From positions 1,037-65,036 of the forward strand of contig JALWDU010000107.1 of assembly GCA_027036735.1 (NCBI GenBank): a stretch of 64,000 bases of DNA, in the 5' to 3' direction. Shown one piece after another: positions 1 to 6,940 of the stretch. Numbering within the stretch: the stretch's first letter is position 1; each line of letters starts with the position of its first letter. The notes beneath the pieces are model-generated. The model was not told where the DNA came from and made no database searches. It saw only the letters and a list, made by a program, of their open reading frames with translations. Position numbers and translations under genes: made by a program. Source of the DNA: Aquificales bacterium. GTDB lineage: Bacteria > Aquificota > Aquificia > Aquificales > QOAS01.

Positions 1-1049
1 TTGCCCTTATACTCGTAGGCGACGCATACCTTTATTTCGGGATAGCCGTCGAGAACGTCCAGCTTGGTGAGAATTATCCCGTCCAGGGCGTTCACATCGA
101 CGGCGTGCTTTAGGGCTACTAGGTCTAACCAACCCACGCGGCGGGGTCTGCCGGTTGTGGCGCCGTATTCGCCGCCCTTTTCGCGCAGTTTCTCAGCCTC
201 CTCACCGTGCAATTCGGTGGGGAAAGGTCCACCGCCGACCCTTGTCAGGTATGCCTTAGCCACCCCGTAAATCTTTGCATCCCTGAAGTATTTGGGCGAA
301 AGTCCGGTGCCGTTAGCCAGACCGAGAGCCGAAGAGTTCGAGGAAGTCACGTAGGGATAGGTTCCCATATCGATATCCAAAAGGGTGCCCTGCGCCCCCT
401 CGAAGATTACGCTCTTCCTATTCTCCCTCAGGAACTTGGCGGTGTCTATAACCCTATCCCTGAAAAATTCGAAGGGTTTGACAACCTCCTCCTCTATATA
501 ACGGGTATCTATCTCGAATCTCTCCCCGAAAACCTTTTCGGCTATATCCTTGACAAACTCGATATTCTCCTCGACCTTTTTCTCAAACACCGCGCGGTCG
601 AAGAGGTCGACCATACGGATGCCCTTTCTCATGAATTTGAACATGTAGGCGGGTCCTATACCCCTTAGGGTTGTCCCCACCCCGTTTTTCCTCTCCAGTA
701 GTTTGTCCAAAAGCTTGTGGTAGGGCATAACCACGTGCGCCCTATCGCTTATATAGAGCTTGTGGAGTATCTTGTTCCCCTTAGCCTCTATATCCCTAAC
801 CTCTTCCAATAAGGCTTTTAGGTCTACGACCATTCCCTGGGCTATTACGCCCACGTTGTGGGGGTGGAGTATACCGGTGGGAAGCAGGTGCATAATATAC
901 TTAACGCCGTTGATAACCACGGTGTGACCGGCGTTGGAACCCCCCTGATAGCGAACCGAGACGTCGAAGTGTTCCGATAGGAGGTCGACTATCTTCCCCT
1001 TACCCTCGTCACCCCATTGGGCTCCGAGAATAACCAGCTTATTAGACAT
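1..1049 (-). CDS. purA: Adenylosuccinate synthetase, N-terminal ~349 codons (3' end lies beyond the window edge)
   Basis: Own minus-strand translation from ATG (CAT at 1047-1049): MSNKLVILGAQWGDEGKGKIVDLLSEHFDVSVRYQGGSNAGHTV... The GDEGKGK P-loop and TGRPRRVGWLD are typical of PurA. It is not in the ORF track because there is no stop in the window. Confidence 0.9.
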   Translation of the reverse strand, partial: MSNKLVILGAQWGDEGKGKIVDLLSEHFDVSVRYQGGSNAGHTVVINGVKYIMHLLPTGILHPHNVGVIAQGMVVDLKALLEEVRDIEAKGNKILHKLYISDRAHVVMPYHKLLDKLLERKNGVGTTLRGIGPAYMFKFMRKGIRMVDLFDRAVFEKKVEENIEFVKDIAEKVFGERFEIDTRYIEEEVVKPFEFFRDRVIDTAKFLRENRKSVIFEGAQGTLLDIDMGTYPYVTSSNSSALGLANGTGLSPKYFRDAKIYGVAKAYLTRVGGGPFPTELHGEEAEKLREKGGEYGATTGRPRRVGWLDLVALKHAVDVNALDGIILTKLDVLDGYPEIKVCVAYEYKG

Positions 1050-1177
1050 ACCAAAAGGTTTTTATTATCTCATATATCCCGTTTTGGTAAAAAATCGAAA
1101 CCGTTAGCGGTTATTTTCCAAAAAAGCCGAAAAAGTTCCCATAATACTCCTTAAAAATACCTTTGGAGGTTTGAAAA

Positions 1178-1603
1178 ATGGTTTCTTCCGGCGCTTTGGT
1201 GGCTTTTAGCAACGATAAGAATATCCTTATAATCCTCAAAGCCTGCGAAAATGCCGATAAACTTCTAGACCCCAAAAATGTAAAAGATTTCGTGAAATTT
1301 TCAAACGAACTGCTCGAGCATATAGAGAAACCTACCGACGTTCTCGACTACTACACCCACGCAAAAATGCTCTACCGCCTTATAAAGGAGCGCTTGGGAA
1401 CCGATAAGGTGGGTTTTTACGTTTACGACCTCGAGGTCTCCTATCCCATCAGGGGAAACAGCCCGGAGGAACTCGAACAGGCTATCGAAAATGAGGCGAT
1501 GATAGACAAACCCATCTTGGCATACTCCAGGTGTTTCGAAGACGTTCCCATACTTTTAATCGCCGACCTGGACAGCTACAAGACCTACGAGGTCAAGCGT
1601 TAA
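1178..1603 (+). CDS. Hypothetical protein (141 aa), no family recognised
   Basis: ORF track. GGAGG lies about 9 nt upstream of the ATG and a hairpin terminator follows directly downstream. Confidence 0.5.
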   Translation: MVSSGALVAFSNDKNILIILKACENADKLLDPKNVKDFVKFSNELLEHIEKPTDVLDYYTHAKMLYRLIKERLGTDKVGFYVYDLEVSYPIRGNSPEELEQAIENEAMIDKPILAYSRCFEDVPILLIADLDSYKTYEVKR

Positions 1604-1610
1604 CTTTTAT

Positions 1611-1637
1611 CCCCGCCTTCGGCGGGCTTCTTTTTTT
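1611..1637 (+). terminator. Rho-independent terminator
   Basis: CCCGCC-TTC-GGCGGG stem-loop (1612-1626) followed by a T-run (1628-1637), just after the stop at 1603. Confidence 0.7.
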
Positions 1638-1652
1638 GAGAATATTCAATTT

Positions 1653-3728
1653 ATGAACTTTTTGCTGGAGATAGGAACGGAAGAGCTTCCCGCCGCCTCC
1701 ATTTTGCCGGCTCTCGAATACTTGAAAAATTCCATAAAGGGGTTTCTGGAGGAGAGGGAAATCCCGTTCGGGGAAATAGAGGTTTTCGGAACCCCCCGCA
1801 GGTTGGTGGTTCATATAAAAAACCTCTCGGAGGAGGAACCCACAAAGAGGGAACTCGTTTGGGGACCCCCGAAAAATGTAGCCTTCGGTAGTGAGGGAAA
1901 ACCTACCAAAGCCCTCGAAGGGTTTTTGAAAAAAAATAACGCCTCGCCCGAAGAGGTAAAAATTCTCCCCAAAGGTAAGGGGGAGTATGTGGCTATAGAG
2001 CGCCTCGTCGGGGGCAGGAAGACCGAAGAACTGCTGGCGGAGAAAATTCCCGAAATACTCGACAACGTTCCCTTTCCCAAATACATGCGTTGGGATAGCT
2101 CGGGTAAGCTCTTTTTGAGACCGGTGCGCTGGATTTTGGCGCTCGCCAACGACAGGGTTGTTCCCTTCAGGTGGGGTGGTATAGAGAGCTCAAACACCAC
2201 CTACGGGCATAGGTTTGTAAATAACGGGGGAAACTTCAGGGGCAAACCCCTCCAAGTTAAGGATACGGTCGATTACTTCAAACTCCTAAGGGAGCATTAC
2301 GTAATTCTCGACCACCGCGAGAGGAGGGAACTTATCGAGAAAACCCTTTCGGAGTATGAGGGCGAATTCGGTGCAAAAGTCCCCCTAAGGGAGGATTTGG
2401 TGGAGGAAAACACCTTTTTGGTCGAATACGTTCACCCAATCCTCGGAGGGTTTGACGAAAAATATCTGGAACTCCCGCCGTTGGTTATCATTACGGTTGC
2501 GGCGCACCACCAGAGGTTTTTCTGTTTCCAAAAACCCACCGGTGAGGTGGTTAACAAATTCCTCGCCATATCCAACAACGTGCCGAAAAACGACAACGTC
2601 GTCCGCGAGGGTTTTGAGAAGGTTTTAAAAGCCCGCCTCGAGGATGCCCTATTCTTCTACAGGGAAGACCTAAAGAGGAGGCTCGAAGACCTCGTTCCCA
2701 AACTTAGGGGAATTCTCCAACACCCCAAATTGGGAACCCTTTACGACAAAACCCTTAGGTTGGTCGATATATCGGTGGAGCTCGCCTCTTGGCTCTATCC
2801 CGAGAAGGTTAAAAAAGCCGAGAGGGCGGCATATCTGTCCAAAGCCGACCTGCTAACCGAAATGGTTAAAGAGCTCGACGAACTTCAAGGTTATATGGGC
2901 TATATCTACGCCAAAGCCCAAGGGGAGGACGAGGAGGTCGCCAAAGCCCTCTGGGAGCAGTACAAACCCAAAGGAGCCGACGACGAGGTTCCCCAAACCG
3001 ATGTGGGAACCGTTCTATCGATAACCGATAAGGTTCACGACTTGGTGGGCTACTTCGGTATAGGGGAAAAACCCCGCTCCACCGCCGACCCCTACGGACT
3101 GCGCCGCGCCGCCCTCGGAATTATCCGCATAGTTGACAAAAAACGGTTAAACATCGACCTCGAAAGGTTGATAGAAATTACCTACGACCGCTTTGAGGAA
3201 TTGGAACTCTCCAAAGGAAAACTTCTAAGGGAGTTAGACGAATTCCTTAAGGGGAGGTTGCTCAACTACCTTGCCCCCACCTACGGGAGGGAATTGGTTT
3301 CGGCGGTTCTCGAGACCAAGAGCGGTTTCGACATTCTGGAGGTTATCGAAACCGTCGAAAAACTCCACTCCTTGCTCGAAAGCGAACTCCTCGCCGAAAT
3401 TAGAGAGGCTTACCGCCGCGTTCGCAAGATTATCGCCAAGGTGAAGGAGGAATACGGCTTAAATCCCGACCTCCTAAAACTCCCCGAGGAGGAGGAGCTT
3501 TATAAGGCACTCCTCGAAGTGGAGGAGATTTTCGAAAACCTACCCTTGGAGGAAAAACTCCAAAGACTTCACTCCCTCAAAGGGGTTATAGACAAATTCT
3601 TCGACAACGTTATGGTCATGGCTAAGGAGGAGGATATAAGGAAAAACCGCATAGCGCTCCTCCAACGGCTCAAAAAACTCTTCGAGAGGGTTGCAAACTT
3701 CGAAAAAGTCCCCGTAAAGGGAGAATGA
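1653..3728 (+). CDS. glyS: Glycine--tRNA ligase beta subunit
   Basis: 691-aa ORF. The N-terminus MNFLLEIGTEELPA and the overall length and sequence are typical of the GlyS beta chain. Confidence 0.9.
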   Translation: MNFLLEIGTEELPAASILPALEYLKNSIKGFLEEREIPFGEIEVFGTPRRLVVHIKNLSEEEPTKRELVWGPPKNVAFGSEGKPTKALEGFLKKNNASPEEVKILPKGKGEYVAIERLVGGRKTEELLAEKIPEILDNVPFPKYMRWDSSGKLFLRPVRWILALANDRVVPFRWGGIESSNTTYGHRFVNNGGNFRGKPLQVKDTVDYFKLLREHYVILDHRERRELIEKTLSEYEGEFGAKVPLREDLVEENTFLVEYVHPILGGFDEKYLELPPLVIITVAAHHQRFFCFQKPTGEVVNKFLAISNNVPKNDNVVREGFEKVLKARLEDALFFYREDLKRRLEDLVPKLRGILQHPKLGTLYDKTLRLVDISVELASWLYPEKVKKAERAAYLSKADLLTEMVKELDELQGYMGYIYAKAQGEDEEVAKALWEQYKPKGADDEVPQTDVGTVLSITDKVHDLVGYFGIGEKPRSTADPYGLRRAALGIIRIVDKKRLNIDLERLIEITYDRFEELELSKGKLLRELDEFLKGRLLNYLAPTYGRELVSAVLETKSGFDILEVIETVEKLHSLLESELLAEIREAYRRVRKIIAKVKEEYGLNPDLLKLPEEEELYKALLEVEEIFENLPLEEKLQRLHSLKGVIDKFFDNVMVMAKEEDIRKNRIALLQRLKKLFERVANFEKVPVKGE

Positions 3729-3791
3729 AGTTTTTCCAACTCTTTAGGGTTTCTTTTTTTTTCCAACCTCCCTTATAAGGAGGGGTAAACC

Positions 3792-3902
3792 GTGGAAAAA
3801 GGACTTATAGCTGCCCTCCTTCTCTCCTGGTTTGTCGGCATAACCGCCATTTTGCTGGCAAATTGGGAGCTGAAGAGGAGGAAAAAAGAGAAACACACCT
3901 AA
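3792..3902 (+). CDS. Small membrane peptide (36 aa), paralog of 50301..50411
   Basis: Not in the ORF track (<60 aa). GTG start with AAGGAGG 8 nt upstream. Translation: VEKGLIAALLLSWFVGITAILLANWELKRRKKEKHT, one TM helix plus a basic tail. About 53% identical, and identical in length, to the peptide at 50301. Confidence 0.55.
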   Translation: MEKGLIAALLLSWFVGITAILLANWELKRRKKEKHT

Positions 3903-3976
3903 AGGAGTTTTAAAAACTTCCCCTATTGCTAGCAAATACGGCATGGAATATTCCCAACGGGTTTTAAATTCCTCAC

Positions 3977-4909
3977 CTACCCCAACCGGTGAAAGTAAAG
4001 CTCCCCTATGGAGTCCAAGCTAAACTTTATAACCATCAGGCGGTCTAAGCCCAAAGAGACACCCGCGTATAGGGGCGGTAATTTTTTGTGGATTTCAACA
4101 AATTCCCTATCGAGGGGGAGGTTTAATTCCTCCGCCACCTTTTGGAGGCGTCTTTCGACCTCCGAGGGGTCGTTTATCTCGGTGTAACCGTTAGCCAGTT
4201 CTACGCCGAACATGTATAGCTCGAAGCGTTCGCACCAGCCGTTTTGACATCTCGCCAACGCGCCGAAGCGTTCGGGAAAGCCGTAAACGAAGGTGGGGCG
4301 CTCCCAACCGAGGTATTTTTCCAACTCCACATAGGTGTGGAAAAAGAGGGTCTCGGCGTCCTCGTCCGGTTCGAAGTGGATACCCCTCTCCTCCAATTGG
4401 CGCTTGAATGCCTCCCCATCCCTTAGGAGGAGTTCCAAATCCAATCCCAAATAGGTCTTGTAGGCTTCTTTTAGGGAGACCTTTAGGGGGTCGTTTTTTA
4501 TCTCCCTCCCCCTGTAGGTTATCCGCCCGCCAAAGAGCTCCTTTAGGAGGAGGGAGATTTCCTCCATCAAAAAGCGGTAATCGACCCCTATTTTGTAGTA
4601 TTCGAGCATGAGGAATTCAAAGTCGTGAAGCCGCCCCCCCTCGCGGTTTCTAAAGACGTGGCATATCTGAAAGATGTCCCTCCGGTAGCGGGCGAGGAGC
4701 TTTTTCATGGCGTATTCGGGAGAGGTGTGGAGGTAAAAAGCCCGCCTTCGGCGGGAAATATCCTCCACCTCGCAGGGTATGGGAAAGACATTCTCGTCCA
4801 AATTGGGGTAGGGGAGGAGGTGGGGGGTAACCACTTCGGTGTATCCCCTCTTTTTGAAAAATCCCCTAAGGGTGTCGAGGAATTTTTCGACCTCCAGAAG
4901 TTGGTTCAT
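3977..4909 (-). CDS. epmA: Elongation factor P--(R)-beta-lysine ligase (truncated class II LysRS paralog, PoxA/GenX)
   Basis: 310 aa. Class II aaRS catalytic core without an anticodon domain (HTSPEYAMK, FRNREGGRLHDFEFLMLEYY, GVSLGLDRL). Confidence 0.8.
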   Translation of the reverse strand: MNQLLEVEKFLDTLRGFFKKRGYTEVVTPHLLPYPNLDENVFPIPCEVEDISRRRRAFYLHTSPEYAMKKLLARYRRDIFQICHVFRNREGGRLHDFEFLMLEYYKIGVDYRFLMEEISLLLKELFGGRITYRGREIKNDPLKVSLKEAYKTYLGLDLELLLRDGEAFKRQLEERGIHFEPDEDAETLFFHTYVELEKYLGWERPTFVYGFPERFGALARCQNGWCERFELYMFGVELANGYTEINDPSEVERRLQKVAEELNLPLDREFVEIHKKLPPLYAGVSLGLDRLMVIKFSLDSIGELYFHRLG

Positions 4910-4920
4910 AGAAAAAAATA

Positions 4921-4964
4921 GTCGTTCGGAAACCCCCTATCTGTGATAGAGGGAGGCGAACGAC
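4921..4964 (+). repeat. Left-end imperfect palindrome of TnpB element 1
   Basis: GTCGTTCG (4921-4928) pairs with CGAACGAC (4957-4964). The inner stem CCCCCTATC / GATAGAGGG has a TGT loop and one mismatch. Subterminal imperfect hairpins are the hallmark of IS200/IS605 ends. Confidence 0.6.
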
Positions 4965-4976
4965 CACCGTAAAGTG

Positions 4977-5156
4977 TTATTTTCTCTTCCCTTCCTTGTG
5001 TTTAAGTTTCAACTCTCCGCTTAAAGCCTTTTCCATACACTCCATTACAAATTGGTGGAAACTTTTGTAATCGTTTTCAATCAGCCATTTCCTAAACTCC
5101 TTCCAAAGATGTTTTTCTATCCTTAGCGATGTTCTTACATATTCTTTTTTCTGCAT
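4977..5156 (-). CDS. Ribbon-helix-helix (CopG/Arc-like) DNA-binding protein, 59 aa, inside TnpB element 1
   Basis: Not in the ORF track (59 aa). Own translation: MQKKEYVRTSLRIEKHLWKEFRKWLIENDYKSFHQFVMECMEKALSGELKLKHKEGKRK. An N-terminal beta-strand (VRTSLRI) is followed by two helices, the RHH pattern. It is divergent from tnpB with a 39-bp spacer. Confidence 0.6.
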   Translation of the reverse strand: MQKKEYVRTSLRIEKHLWKEFRKWLIENDYKSFHQFVMECMEKALSGELKLKHKEGKRK

Positions 5157-5195
5157 AAAAGCATAATTATGTTATAATTTTTACTTAGGTAGGTA
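5157..5195. promoter_or_regulatory. Divergent control region between the RHH gene and tnpB-1
   Basis: 39-bp AT-rich spacer GCATAATTATGTTATAATTTTTACTTAGGTAGGTA. It has ATAATT boxes at 5163-5168 and 5174-5179 (11-bp spacing), TATAAT at 5173-5178 and an AGGT RBS-like site before the ATG at 5196. Confidence 0.4.
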
Positions 5196-6623
5196 ATGCT
5201 AAAACGGACGTTAAAAGTGAGGCTATACCCAACGGGGAAACAAAAACAGATACTTAGAGAAATTCAAATTAGATGTGCTAAACTTTGGAACAGGGCTAAC
5301 TACCTAATCCGTCAAGAATACTTTAAAAACGGGAAAATTCTTTCTTACAATCAAGTCTATAATTTCGTTAAAAACTCTCCTGAATACAAAGCATTACCTA
5401 CCGATATTTCCCAAGCAATTTTAAAGAAGTTATCCGAAAGTTGGAAATCTTTTAAAGAACTTAAGAAACTCAAAGAAAAAGGTAAACTTCCAGAACATAT
5501 TAAAAAAGTTTCTCCACCTAAATATTTCAAAAACAGAAAACTTAATCAAACTTTGCCTATGTCTATTATCCCTATCCTTGCTCCGAGAAGTTATAGTTTA
5601 GGAGATTTCTCTTTTTCTTTTACTGTTCCTAAAGATTTCAAAGAAAATTATGGTATTAAGAAACGCTTGGAGATTTTAGCAACTTACCGAATTCCTTACA
5701 AAAATTATAAACTCAAAAAAGCAGAAATTCTAAACAAAAACGGAAAGTGGTATGTCCATATTTCGGTAGAAATACCTAAAAAGGAATTAAAAGAAACTAA
5801 AAAAGTTAACTACGCAAGTATAGATTTAGGAATAAGAAATCTAATAACTTTAGCAATTTACGACGAGGAAAGAAAATTAATAAGAATTTATCAATTTAAA
5901 TCCAAAGAACTACTCAAAGAATGGAAATATTGGAATAGAAAAATAGCTAAATATCAATCAAAATTAGCTAAAAGTGGATATAAGGGAAGTTCTTTGAAAC
6001 TTAGAAAATACTACGAAAATAGAAACAAACGAATAAAAGTAGCAATTCAACAGATAATTAACAAAAACAAAATAATCCAAATTTTGGATAGATATGGAGT
6101 TAAGGAAATATTTATCGGTGATTTAACAGGTATAAGAAACGGAAAGGATTACGGAAAGGAGTTAAACAAACTTTTGCATAATTTCTGGATAAGAAAACAA
6201 TTTTTAAATATTTTGAAATACAAGTTAGAAGAAGTGGGAATAGGTTTAACCCCTATTCCCGAAGCCTATACTTCTAAAACCTGTTTTAATTGCAGTTTAG
6301 AAGTTAAAAGACCAAAGCAACACTTCGTAATTTGCTCCAATTGTGGGAAACTCCATTCTGATACAAATGGAGCAATAAATATCTTAAAAAGAGGATTAAA
6401 ACTGAAAAATTTGGAATGGAAGAAAATAGGGGAAGTTCACTTAATTTGGAAGTTTAAACAGACAAACAGATGGGTATTTAGGTATTTGAGAATATACAAA
6501 AAGGACAAAGATAAACCCCTTGTGAGGGGACAGGCTAACAACCCGCCAGTGGGGGTAGCTACTCCAAAAAGAAGTAGCTACTCTCCAAAGTCAAGCCCCG
6601 CATTTCTAATGCGCGGTGGTTGA
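5196..6623 (+). CDS. tnpB: TnpB (IS605 OrfB-family RNA-guided endonuclease homolog), 475 aa
   Basis: N-terminus LKVRLYPTGKQKQIL. RuvC-I Asp in ASIDLGIRNL. Zinc ribbon CFNC...CSNCG. RuvC-III in HSDTNGAINILK. The last ~60 codons overlap the structured GC-rich right end (presumed omega-RNA). Confidence 0.85.
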   Translation: MLKRTLKVRLYPTGKQKQILREIQIRCAKLWNRANYLIRQEYFKNGKILSYNQVYNFVKNSPEYKALPTDISQAILKKLSESWKSFKELKKLKEKGKLPEHIKKVSPPKYFKNRKLNQTLPMSIIPILAPRSYSLGDFSFSFTVPKDFKENYGIKKRLEILATYRIPYKNYKLKKAEILNKNGKWYVHISVEIPKKELKETKKVNYASIDLGIRNLITLAIYDEERKLIRIYQFKSKELLKEWKYWNRKIAKYQSKLAKSGYKGSSLKLRKYYENRNKRIKVAIQQIINKNKIIQILDRYGVKEIFIGDLTGIRNGKDYGKELNKLLHNFWIRKQFLNILKYKLEEVGIGLTPIPEAYTSKTCFNCSLEVKRPKQHFVICSNCGKLHSDTNGAINILKRGLKLKNLEWKKIGEVHLIWKFKQTNRWVFRYLRIYKKDKDKPLVRGQANNPPVGVATPKRSSYSPKSSPAFLMRGG

Positions 6624-6625
6624 CG
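6430..6625 (+). ncRNA. Putative omega-RNA (reRNA) scaffold of TnpB element 1; 5' limit uncertain
   Basis: Hairpins CCCCT-TGTG-AGGGG (6516-6529), GTAGCTACT/AGTAGCTAC (6555-6581) and CCCCGCAT/ATGCGCGG (6596-6616) at the 3' end of tnpB. Blocks are shared with the element 2 right end. The position fits the known TnpB omega-RNA architecture. Confidence 0.45.
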
Positions 6626-6703
6626 GCGAAAGTTAATAAACCTTAAAGGGTTTTCTGCGTTTTTTAATACCCCTTTGGGAGGTTTCGGCAAATTTCCCAT
6701 TCC

Positions 6704-6937
6704 ATGAAGAGGAAAGAGCTTTTGAAAACTATTCCGCTCGCGGGAACGGAAAGGGGTATTATCACCATTGCAAGGGTAGAGGAGCCTTACGGTGAGGGAA
6801 CTCCTCCGGTGGTAAGTATAGGGATTTCCCTAAAGGGTGACCCCGACAATCCCGATTGGAAGGTGCATATTCCCTACGATAACCTTCCCGAGGTTATCGA
6901 GGCGCTAAGGGAGGAATACGAACGCTTTAAAAAATAA
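6704..6937 (+). CDS. Hypothetical protein (77 aa)
   Basis: ORF track, with a terminator downstream. No good SD at the usual distance and no family recognised. Confidence 0.45.
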   Translation: MKRKELLKTIPLAGTERGIITIARVEEPYGEGTPPVVSIGISLKGDPDNPDWKVHIPYDNLPEVIEALREEYERFKK

Positions 6938-6940
6938 CCT

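Larger units (their letters stand above)
4919..6625 (+). mobile_element. IS200/IS605-family TnpB element without tnpA (IS1341-like), carrying an RHH gene; ends +/- ~6 bp
   Basis: Visibly AT-rich block in a more GC-rich context. The left-end motif TCTGTGATAGAGGGA (4940-4954) and right-end motifs (AGTGGGG, TACTCTCCA, AAGCCCC plus a terminal imperfect hairpin at 6596-6616) recur at the ends of the second tnpB element (51127-52506). Confidence 0.65.

Noticed and set aside
3744-3944. 66-aa ORF on the - strand
   Set aside because: No SD and no motif. It overlaps the + strand 36-aa peptide gene, which has a strong SD and a conserved paralog.
4741-4755. CCCGCCTTCGGCGGG hairpin inside epmA as a functional terminator or sign of a split gene
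   Set aside because: The epmA frame runs uninterrupted through it (encoding SRRRRA) and no T-run follows on either strand. I kept it only as part of the dispersed-hairpin observation.
4977-5156. The small ORF inside element 1 as a truncated Y1 transposase TnpA
   Set aside because: At 59 aa it has no HUH motif and no catalytic Tyr-containing helix. The sequence pattern fits a ribbon-helix-helix DNA binder instead.
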